64,000 nt of DNA. It comes from Mytilus edulis (lineage: Eukaryota). The stretch is from assembly GCF_963676685.1 (NCBI RefSeq), contig NC_092347.1, positions 85,994,001 through 86,058,000 of the forward strand, read 5' to 3'. Of this stretch, positions 13,301 to 25,300 are shown one piece after another. Made by a program: the position numbers and the translations under genes. Under the pieces are notes generated by a model. The model searched no databases. It saw nothing but the letters and a program-made list of their open reading frames with translations, and was not told the origin of the DNA. Position 1 is the first letter of the stretch. Every line of letters begins with the position of its first letter.

Positions 13301-16300
13301 CTACAAATGTATATATATATCATCATCACCAGATAATGCACCAGATTTTAAATCTGCTAAGAGATCTCTTGGGTTTTATAACCAAGAAAAAGAGAACCAG
13401 AATTCATCTCTCAAGGACGGAACTGTCAAGGTTTAACAAAAAATGTTTTGTTTTTTGTTCAGCATGTTCAGTTGATACATTTTTATGCAGCATTGTATGA
13501 TTAAGTTTTCAAATTCATTCCAAATTTCTAAATTTGTTGACCATTTAAAGGATTTTATTTTTTTTTAATCAAATAATACATTGAGATAATAATGAGTTTA
13601 ATAGCACAATGCATTTGTATACATGTATACAGATACATGTATTTATATGAAAGTATGTTTTTCTTGTAACATAAGTTTTAATCTTTATAGATCAGATCTC
13701 TGAATTCAAAATAGATCTTACCTAATCATATCATGCTGCTTTTGTTATATAATGAGAAAAAAAAGTTTCGCAACACATTTTTGACCACACAACAATAGTC
13801 TTTGAATGAAAAAATATTGAAAAGAATTTAGTTGTATCATGTATGTTTAATTGTCTACCATAAACTTCCTTTACTTAGCTAACTCGTTTCTTCTTTTTGT
13901 CAAAAAAGTGTTAACATGTTAAGTTCATGTGTGCTTTAAGCAATATGCATGTTGTGATTTCCCCTTTCGTGGGAAAAATTTGGTTGATTATATAGGGGAT
14001 CACTGAAGCATGACTGGAGCGGCCCCCCTTAGGTCAGTCAGCGCCCCCCCCCCCCCCTTTATGAAAAGTCCTGGATTCGCCATTGATATAAACAAATAGA
14101 AAATGTCCTTAAAATAGGTACCTTAAATGTTGCAAAACTTTTTTTACTCAGTATAATTTATGTTTAAATTTAAAAATTCTGTTTTTTTGCATTTAGTTTA
14201 GTCATGAATGTAGAGTTGACAGTTGTCACATGCATGACATACATGTACTGTGTATCTGAATGATGTGTAACAGTTTATTGATTCAGAAAGTAGCAATCAC
14301 AATCATCCAACAGATTAAGTGAAAGGATGTCATAGACAATCTGAGAAAGCATCACCATTTGCAATTTCAAAACATATAAACACACATGTACATTAAATCA
14401 ATATATAGGACCTGATGATTTTTTTCGCCACAATTTTTTTCTCCGCAAAATGTGAAATGGCGCCAGTGGAAACCCTTGGGCCATACATTTTCAAAATGCA
14501 TGACAATACACTTTTAGGTATATGCTTTTATATAAAAACAAAATAATTTTTTAACAATAAAAATCATATTCATAGATCTCGGCTATGATGTTTATATTGA
14601 TTCATGGATATATCTAAAATAATTTATGTTAAAATTATTTATTACTATATATTCTCCTTTAGGTATCGATATACTATCCAAGTGGAAAGAAAACTTCAGT
14701 TATAACAGCAGAAGCTTATAAAACCATTTGCAGAGCTCTCGTAAGAGGAACTGATAATGTTAATATTGACCGAACAATTGTACAAACTTTATGCAAGTCT
14801 AACCCAATGCAAGTTGTACATGGAACTGCAGGGTTAATACAAGAAGAATGCAAGATAATCTGCAAGAGAGGCACCCAAACTTTATTTCAAAAGAAAGGCT
14901 ATGATGATTTTTTCAAATTCAACTGGGACCATATGTACAATGAGTTAAAAATGATGTGCCCATCAATGCTGGCTATAATATCATCAATAGTTAGTGATAT
15001 TCCACCTAGTGTTAATACCAAGCCTTTCATGCATATAATGGTAACTGCTGCAATTGGATTACATGGACGATCACAAGAAATGTCAGCAATACAATACATG
15101 GTTGGATTTCTTTTGACTCATGGAGGCTGTACACAAAGAGTATGTTCTTCATTATTTCTTATACAAGTTAATGGTTAATGTATTCATTATTATAAGAATT
15201 GTACAATATTCACTCTCAGTTTTAGGGGCATATCATGATGTACTTGCTGCTGAACATGACATATATCCACAATTCCATCATCATTATAAAAAAAGAATCT
15301 TATATTTGGATCTGCAAAGATATATTTTTTTCTAAACACTAAGTAGCTATATCATTTGTCTAACATTCTAAAACTTTAGACATTAAAATATATAAAAACA
15401 TCTACACAAGATACAGAGGTACAATGTACATGTAGTTCAATTAAAACAATGAACAAATTACATGTTTCTACTTTGTTGGGCACTTTTAAGAAAAGTGTCT
15501 TGTTACATATAAAAGTGACTGCTAATTATTGATAATGGTTACATTATTCTTGATACAAGAACATGATGGATACATTTAGTCATCAGTTTATACATGTCTT
15601 AGATGCATATATTTGTATTTAATTATTTTAGGCATCTATGCTACCTATTAACTATAATTTATTCATTTTTTTTATAATTATAGGATATTGAAAGACTAGC
15701 GAAAATCGGAGTTTGTGTGCACCCACAGACAATTCATAATAAGTTAGCAAGCTGGCAAGACAAACTTGACTTAGAAATACTGTCTATTCGAGATTCATGG
15801 GCAAATGGTGGAACTACAAAATACCAATTAATTGGAGATAACTGGGATAAAAACATCCTCCCATCTTACCGCACTTCTGATCAGAAAACACTTTCCTTAC
15901 ACTTGTTTAACATGTATGCCATTGTAGACAGAGTTCCAGCAGAAAAAAATACAAGTGAAAGTTTCCTAGATGTGTCAGACCTTGACCTGTTAACATTCAT
16001 TCCATCTTTAACAGAACAAAAACAATTGATGCAGGAACTCACTTTTATTTTTGCAACATCTGTTATTCAGAATGTGCCTCAGATTGGACGACTTTTCAAG
16101 AAAATATATCCAGAACATTTAAACCATACCTACAGTGACTATGCTGGATTAAAGACAGCCCAGGTATTTGTAACTCCTATTATTTTAATTATTAAACAAC
16201 ATACTTCATCAAACTATATCATTTGTTAAAGTGACTTTAAAGGTCATATTTCTCTTCATCTGACTTAGACATAGGACCTCAAGATAAAAAAATACAGATA

Positions 16301-19300
16301 AAAATACCTTGTGGAGGTGGGGAAATTAACTTTTTCATTTTTTGACATATATAGACTCTTGATACATGTACATGTATTTGGCAAATGAATGTGATGTTTC
16401 ATGTACCATTGAAGATATATAATAGTTTGTATGGGTATTTTACATTTCAACCTGTACATGATTTGTTTTCAATTTGTTCATGCCATTCATTATAATATAT
16501 ATATTGTTTTCAGTATCCTCTTGGAATATATGACTGTAATGAAAACAAGACACAGGAAGTCATTCAACTTTTAAAAGAACTGTCGGACAAGTATGTGCCA
16601 TTGAAGGATGGTAAAATAGTAGAACCAGTCTTTTTTGGAGGTATGCATGTTTTATAATTCTTCTGGCACCTCCATTTCCTCAACCCTTTAAAATTGGTGC
16701 CATGATTTAGTCAATAGTGCTGAAAGTGGCATTAAACACCAACAACCAATCAACTAACTATTGACTTTTTCAGTTTCAAGGTCACATCAAATTTAACCTG
16801 TTCTTTCATCATGTCCTGAACAGTACAGTGACAATAAATTGTAAGCCAGGGATCTAAAAATTCTTATTGAAAAATTTATTTTTTTTTAAATTATTTATGA
16901 GCACATGCTTACAAATTCTACACTGGAACAATCAATATGTCTTTTCAATATGACCTACACACAACTATTTCGCAAAACAAATGATGTTGTAACTGACAAT
17001 AGGCTTTACTCTTCTCCATTACAAATGATTAAGAATATTTTATTGTAAAATCTGAAAATTAAATCAATATTTATCATTTTAAAGGAGACAGACTAACAGA
17101 TGAGCGAATACAGGGTGCTCAAAGTGCCATGGGCAATGCAGACACAGCAAAAGAAAAATTGGAAGGATTCATCTCTAAAACTGAGGATTTCCATAGGCTG
17201 ATGAATTTCTTAGAGGTAAATTACTAAAACATTCTATAAACTGGCATATATGTACATTTTGTATGTACTCCAACATGTTCAATTTTACTAATATGCTAAT
17301 CTGTAAGCATTGCTTTGGGCATTAAAATTTACTTTTCTCTGTCTACATTAAGTAAAATATTAATTTCCATTTCTGGAAAACTAGATTTGTATAAAAATAA
17401 GGAGATATGGTATGATTGCCAATGAGACAACAATCCACAAATGTTTAAATGTGGATGAAAGCAATTATAGGCAAGCATATGGCCTTCAACAATGAGATAA
17501 ACCCATACTGTATAGTAGTCTTTCCTCATGATCAATACTTTATGAAAAATCAGAAGATAAGCAGACCAGATATTTTAATGCGTACATTCAAGTATGTAAT
17601 ATTTAAAATGTATAGAATTCAAATAAGAACAATGACTACTACCCATAACTATTAACAGAATGTACCTTTACTGAAAAAAACCTATTTATTTAATTTTATG
17701 ATCGACCTATGTTTGCAGGCTATACACAAGTTGACATACAACAGTGGAAGTGGAAATGACCCATGTACAGCCTACTACTATCGAAACCTACTCAATATGA
17801 GAAATGTGAAAGGCAAAGTTAAAAACTCTTATAGGCCATATAAGCTACTGTATTATACAATTTTGGATGCTGTTTTATTGTTAATGTTTTTCACATACTT
17901 CAACTTAGCTGATTTAGACTCAGACATCCCTATTCCAGAGAACTTTGAAGACATGGACAAAATAAAACAAATTGATTGGCTTGATACAATCTGTAGAAAT
18001 ATTCTTCAGCAATTCTTTTTTGAAAATAATGAAGACATATGTCATGCTGTTAGGGAAGTTCTGTCAGATCCAGAGCATGAAGTGAATTATTGGACTGCAA
18101 ACCTTGAAGATGGACATGTGAAATGTCATTTTTGTGCAAGGACATATACTTATGTTGGCTCATTAAAGTCCCATGAAATGAAAGTACACGGTGTTCAAAT
18201 AAAAAAAGAAAAGAAAAAAGCTACTGTAAAAGATCAAGATCAGCTACAAGACTATATTTTGATGCTCTTTAAACTAACACTCCTTCATAAAAACCTTGAC
18301 ACTGCAGTTGACATGGGAGATGGTGAGAGATGTGTAAGATCAACCAAGTATGAATTGCCCATTTATAACAAAACTAACAAAGTGAAATATGTTATTGCTT
18401 CTGTACACTTAACAAGTTTAATATCAGGTGTTCTTCCTGGTGATCAGTCTCAAAGCTTGATATCAAACAGATTTGTGAATGTACAGGGTGGTAAAAATAA
18501 TAATATAGCTCTTGATGAGCATTTAGAAATGCTCAATCGTGACAGCAAGATCACTTGTACTGGACACCAAACGAAAGAAAGCATCATCAAACATTCTAAG
18601 GAATATGCTCACTTAATCAACTACATAAAGTATTTCGAGCTTATCAGCGGTACTAGAAAACGCAAGGGATTTCATCACTTGCCATCTTATTGTGAGGATG
18701 TGAGAAAAGTTGCTAAGGACTTATTGGAACACAGTGCACTTAAACATACAATCAATCGTAAATTAAAATGTAAAGACTTAAAAATTGACAGAAATCCGTT
18801 TGAAAATTGTGTGTCAGGACTGTCATCTATGATTCATCGTCATAAACCGCCAACTCCATTTCGTCGTTTACGTGACAAGCATATTTAGTAGTTGTGTGAT
18901 ACCGTGTCTTAGTGTAGTATTTTCTCACTGGCTATATATAGCTATTAAACCATGCCTTATCCTTGTCAAACTCTACATCTAGTCTCTGGTGGAACTTTTC
19001 TCATTGGCAATCAAACCAAATCATGCAAATCTTATTTCGTATAAAGATCAATTTATATATACAAGACCTTCTCACAAGCAGACATGTGCTTAAAATGTGT
19101 GAATATCAAGTTGGCTAGGAGCTCTATAAACCTCATGTTTACTATGCTTTGTTTGTCTCTAAATAAAATTTACTTGCTTAAACTTACTTCTGAGTATTCA
19201 CTATTCATGCTACATGTATTATAATTTACTGATATAATTATTGTCTTGCAAATGAATAATATGAGATCTGATGTATATGTCAACGAGACAGCAACCCAAT

Positions 19301-22300
19301 TATAACAAGAGTGGACACACTAAAATGTCTCACCTTTTCTAGTGTTCTCAATTGAATTAATGTTGATAAGTTTTTTCTACAAGCATTGATTAAATTCAAT
19401 GTTCACATGTTTAAGGTGAAATAAACAATCACAGGCTGAACAATCATTCCAAACACCAAATTCAGTTAGCCTATTGCTAAAAGTATCTTAGAAACAAACC
19501 TAATCAAAAAAATTTAACTTTGACCAATGAACCATGAAATGAGGTCAAGGTAAGATACATCTTACTATTATTCAATACACAACTATAAATAACTTATAAT
19601 ATCTGAAAAACTATCCCATTTAAAACTTAATATTGACCAACCACGAAAATTAGATCAGAGTCAAATAATACCTGCCAGACAGATGTAAACATCTTACAAT
19701 TATTCTATACACCAAATGAAGTTCTATCCCTATTGTATCTGGAAAACAGACTAAATCATATCAATGAACCATGAAATAAGGTCAAGGTCAGATGAAGCAT
19801 ACCAGACATATTTACATGTATACACATTACATTATGATTCATTCCATAGATTGTAAACCAAATAAAGTTCTTGTATTCCTAGCTTATAGTATATCAAATT
19901 AAAAAAAAAACAGCATTGACCAATGAAACAATGAAAATGAGGCGTCAGGTAGGTGATCGTTGGCAGCGTAAGCTCTCAACTTAAAAGCTTAGTGTTTCAG
20001 TAGTAGAAGACCTGGATGCTTCATACTTTGTATATAGATGTTACAAACTTTTTGTCTGTCTTATGACAAACATCCTAAACTTAAGGTCTCATTATATATC
20101 AACTTATCAAGCTGTATATTGTCCTGAGGTTGAGCCTCTCAAAATTGTTGATAAATTTAACACAAAACTTTCAACAAATTCTTCAAATGAAAATAAAACA
20201 CAAAAACTCAACATTGGCCAATGAACCATGAAACTGAGGTCAAAGGAAGACGTGTGATACCGGCTAGACAGACATTTTCAGTGGTTGTCTTTTGTTAGTG
20301 TGTTTCATATATGTTTCTCGCTTCTTGTTTTGTAAATAGATTAGACTGTTTAGATTTTCTGTTTGAATTGTGTTACACTGGTTATTTTGGGGCCCTTTAT
20401 AGCTTACTGTTCGATGTGAGCTTTTGCTCCGTGTTGAAGGCCGTACTTTGACCTATAACTGTTTTAACTTTTTATACATTGTTACTTGGATGGAGAGTTG
20501 TCTCATTGGCACTCATAAAGCATCTTCTTATTTATATGTACACCTTTTGTGCTTACAATCATTCCATATTCCACATATAGTTGACCTACTGCTAAATAGT
20601 ATTTAAGATATAACTTGAACCTTAAGCTTGAAGCGAGGTTCTGACAGACATGTATCTAGTCGTTTTAAGGTACCCATCTGAAATGCTGACATGAAGCTTG
20701 ATACAAAATTTCAGGAAGTTGCTGAGAGTGGCACAAAATTTTATGGGACAGACATATCAGTGAACTTTCTTTTGGAAAGGTGGTTTAATTACAACAGGTG
20801 CCTAGATATGAAAAGTTGCTGGCTGTCTCATTGGTAATGATAACCATTTTCCTTTTTCCATTTAGATACAACAGAAAGGCAAATGAATTTATCTGTCTCA
20901 TTGGCATTGTCACACTCATACAACTCATTTGACCAAACAGTAAATTATATGCGGTTAACTTTGGAAAAAAATGGCTTTATTTACATGATTTATTTACTAC
21001 TTTTGTCAATTCATATTCTTTTTTAATCATCACAAATGTCTAGATCTGGTAGTCCCATTAGTTCAGCTTCATACTCAGCCCAGTCATAACTTTCTGTGTT
21101 GGAATCAGATTCACTTTCACTTATATTTGATGTGTCTGTGAACATTATTTCAAGTGGTAAAGTATCACATATTCCACAACTACATTTTAAAGCACAAAGA
21201 TCACAACATGTGTGGCTGGTTTCTACACTTCTCAATTTATCCATGTCGGATTTCTTTAAGAAAGGTTGAAGTAAAGCTGTTCTGCGGCAATCTTTACTGC
21301 TGTACACTTGTTTAACGTCTACATCAACATGCCTACTGTTGTAAGAATTGTACAGAATTAGTCCCAAAGAAGGTTTACCATTTCTTCCAGCTCTACCCAT
21401 TTGTTGAATAAGATCAAGTGTGGTTTTCGGTGCACCATACAAAATAATGTTTTGGCAGTCACAGATGTCAACACCCATGCCCAGTGCTGAGGTGGCTACG
21501 ATAATTCGTAAAGAACTATCTGGCTTTTTAAGTTCCGTTAAAATCTTGTCTTTCCTTGATGTTGTACTCTCTGAATGATACATATCAATGTATCCAATAT
21601 AACTAGGGAGTTCATTTGAAATATATTTATACATTTTAGAAACGTCTATAATTGATGTACAATAAATTAATGTTTTAGGAAAATTTTCCTTCTCTTTATG
21701 CAAGCCATCTATAAGCCAGCACATAGCTATCTCCAGTTCAGTGTTAACTTTATTGACCACAATCTTAATGTTTTCCTTGTTTGGTGACATTGTAATGTCA
21801 GTCACATCTGGGCTTAGGTTTAGGGCATTCATTACACGCTTTCTTATTTTTAATGTACATGTTGCACTTAATGCGAGAACACTGGCAGTGGGACATATGG
21901 ATCTAATTTCTCCTATGTGCTGGAACCATTTTCTGAATGCTGGTTTCCCATCAATATCTTCTCCCCTGAAATACAAATTTAGATAATTTAGCAACAGATA
22001 TGTATAGTTTGTTCTTATTTCATAATGCAGTTAAAACATTGCACCAGGCTAGGGGAGGGTTTTGCAACAACAAACATGTTAACTCCATCTTATTATGTAT
22101 GTGTCTAGCTGTCCCAAGTCAGGAGCCTGTAATTCAGTGGTTGTTGTTTGCTGTTGTATATCATTATATTTTTTTTTCATTTACAAAATGTATTGTTTTG
22201 TTCTTAAACAATGTTAAATAAGGCCTATTATTGCTTTCATTGCAGTATGTTTTTGTTCATTGTTGAAGACCCATTAGTCATTAACTATGTCATTTGTTCA

Positions 22301-25300
22301 TTGTTGAAGAGTTCTTTCATTGGCAATCAAACCACATTTTCTTATTTTTATATTATAGGGTTATTGCATGAATATTGGGGAATATTGTCCCGAGTAGAAT
22401 TTTATATTGCACGAGCTTGCGAGTGCAATATATGTTCTACGAGGGACAATATTCCCCAATATTCATGCAATAACCTTATTGTATAGCAATATAATATTTG
22501 AAAGTGAAAATTGGTTTAAACTAAGATTTTGTCGTTGATGACGTCATGAATTTTGAAGATTTATTGCACTAGTGCAATATTATATTGCTATGCAATAATA
22601 AGAAATATTTTAGATATGCTTTGCATCTTTTTTGGTGAATAGCATTCAATTTAGTAATCATTTCACATTGGTAGTAGAAGCCATCTCATTTTCATGTTGC
22701 TTAATATAATTAGATGGTTGTACTTATCTTGATTAGTACATATATTGCATGTTGCAACTTAATATTTGATCCCAATTGAAATCACCCAATCAAGGGCACC
22801 TACTATGGGAACAACCACTTAACTTCAAGAGGGGGGGGGGGGGGCTATGTTTTTTGTCAGGGCCAGACATTTTTGTTCGTGGTTCGCACAAACAATTTTA
22901 TTTGATTTGTCAAAGCTATCAATCAGATTATTTTTTTTTCTAAATTTAATACCATCTGGAATCTGGATTCAGAATATTTTTTTTGTCATCTCCTTGAACA
23001 GAATATTTTTTTTCATCAAATTGGGAATCAGATTATTTTTTTAGGAAAAAAACATAGCCCCCCCCCCTTTTGCAGTTAAATGGTTGTTCCCCAATGAAAA
23101 GCAAAAATGAGAATTGATAATATTGTGCAACTTTAAACTTTATTTTGTTATTATTAGCACTATACAAATTTGTACATGAACTAAAAATTATAACATTGAA
23201 ACAGCTGATGAAGCCCACTGGTCACAATACACCTAATTAACAAGTAGATTTTTCTGTAAGATAACCAGGTTAAGAAAGATTTGTTTTCTCAATTTACCGT
23301 CATTGTAAGCTTAAGTCATGTAAGTGAACATTTTTTTGTTGATTAAAAAGCATCATTTAAATTTTCTTACCAAGTTGCAATAGTGTGAAACTCATCAATG
23401 ACAATTGTGGACACATGTAAAGTCTTTAAGACTTCTCTGCAGATAGGATCTCCAACCAGTGTCTCAGGAGATGCATAGATGATGTTTACATCCTTCATGT
23501 CCTCACTGATATCAGAACTTGAGCCTTCAACAGAAAATATTCATTATAGATACAAAAATATGTGTCCATAGGACAAGACACCATGTGCATCATTATATTT
23601 CACATTTTTTTTATTTTAGTTTCCATGTGTTTTATGCAAAATCATTCAGCCTGATGTATTTTCTCATTTGAATTGTTTTGCATTGGTCAATTAATTAATG
23701 GCCTTGTATTTAGTTTACTACATGTATGCAGTATGTGTTTGCTCATTGCTGAAGGCCATATGGTGACCTATCATTGTTAAATTCTACATCATTTGGTCTT
23801 TTGGAGAGCTGTTTAATTGGCAATCATACCACATACATGACATACATTCTTATTTTTATATTTATATAAAAAATGAATAGAATTAAGGATAAATTGGTTT
23901 AGTTACTGTATGTCAATCTAGACTAATTATAAATTAAAATCTCCACGCTTGGTCATTTTTTTTAATCTTTGTTAGTAATCTCCATGTCATGGGGTGGATA
24001 CGTAACTTCCTAAAAACGGGGATGTGCCAAAAATATCAAAGGTATTGAATTGTCTTTAATAGAGACCTAAATAGACTGTCTGTGATTTCTTATTGGTAAT
24101 AAATGTTTCATCATTGAATTAGTCCAAACTCTTTTAATACTTTGCCTGAGTTGACTTTTTAGACAAACAGAGTAGACTTATTAGCAGTCCGGGACTCCCC
24201 AAGTTGTACAATTATTCCACCCAGTGGTTTGACGGTAAATTGACCCCCTTTTTTGAGTCCAACAAAAAATTGGTATGTGCCTTTTCCCCCTACATAACAT
24301 GATTACACGGCTAGTATTAAAAGCAAAGACTTGTTGACACCGAGTCAGAATAATGTGTTTGGATATGGTTGCATTAGATAAAATAAATAGTCTCATATTC
24401 ATTATGTACAACATGTAAATTAATCCCAATTACCCTGAAATACAGGAACCACATGAGGGGTCCCAATCCATATAGAGCACTTAAATAACCCTAACCCCTA
24501 ACAACTAGTATTTATTAATTACTATTAACCCATTCTCTAAACTATATGGGCCACTAAAGTAAAAGCAGGCCAAAACATACAAATGTAGACCCCCAATAAA
24601 TAAGCAGAATCCCAAAATAGACAAGTACAAATGTACACATGTACAGGACCCCTTCCCAAATGACTGTACATTTCTAGCTGAAGCAAATTTATAGTTACCT
24701 ATATACACTGCTTTAAGATTTGGTATCTTCTGGAGTCTTTCAACCTGGTCCTTCATGATTGAAACCAGCGGGCAGCACACTATTATTTTACCAATGTCAT
24801 TAATATGCAATTCACGTTGTACAGGAATACACATTTGAAAAGGCAAGGATTTGCCGAATCCTGTTGGTAAAACGGCCAAGCAATCATCTCTCGATATCAT
24901 ACATTTCAAAATTTTCATTTGTTCTGCTTTTAACTCTTTAACTCCGAACTGAGGAAGAATTTTAATTATCGCTTCATTTATTTCACTCGAATCACTGGAC
25001 GTCGCCATTTTGTATGCCAAGCCGAACATCAGTAATAAAACGATCGCTGATTGGATTGAAAGAAATCTCGGAAACGATTTTCATTGGTCAGAAAAAGGTG
25101 GCAAATTTATTCAAATTTTGAGCTCTGACGCCCTGTCAAATGGGATGTTGTTAGATCTCCCACGCAGCGACCAAGAATAAAAAAATTAGCGAGTGAGAGA
25201 TTTAATTTCAATTAGATTGCCAAAATAACAAACATCTAGAATTCACTGTCATCTTAGATGGAAAAACATACAATTCTATAATAAAACATGCTGCATAAAT

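Larger units (their letters stand above)
11870..25219. mobile_element. Full-length AcademH-type DNA transposon (transposase + RecQ-like helicase), 13,350 bp, in FRA10AC1 intron 7
   Basis: Identical 105-bp TIRs (11870-11974, 25115-25219; CA..TG ends). Perfect 9-bp TSD CCAAAATAA (11861-11869, 25220-25228). Two convergent intact spliced genes. Confidence 0.92.

Noticed and set aside
18889-21022. Possible third gene in the AcademH spacer
   Set aside because: Only decayed host repeats and poly(A) signals were seen, with no spliceable ORF.
21023-25029. Host RecQ/BLM/WRN gene
   Set aside because: It lies between TIRs with a TSD inside another gene's intron and lacks the accessory domains, so it is transposon cargo.
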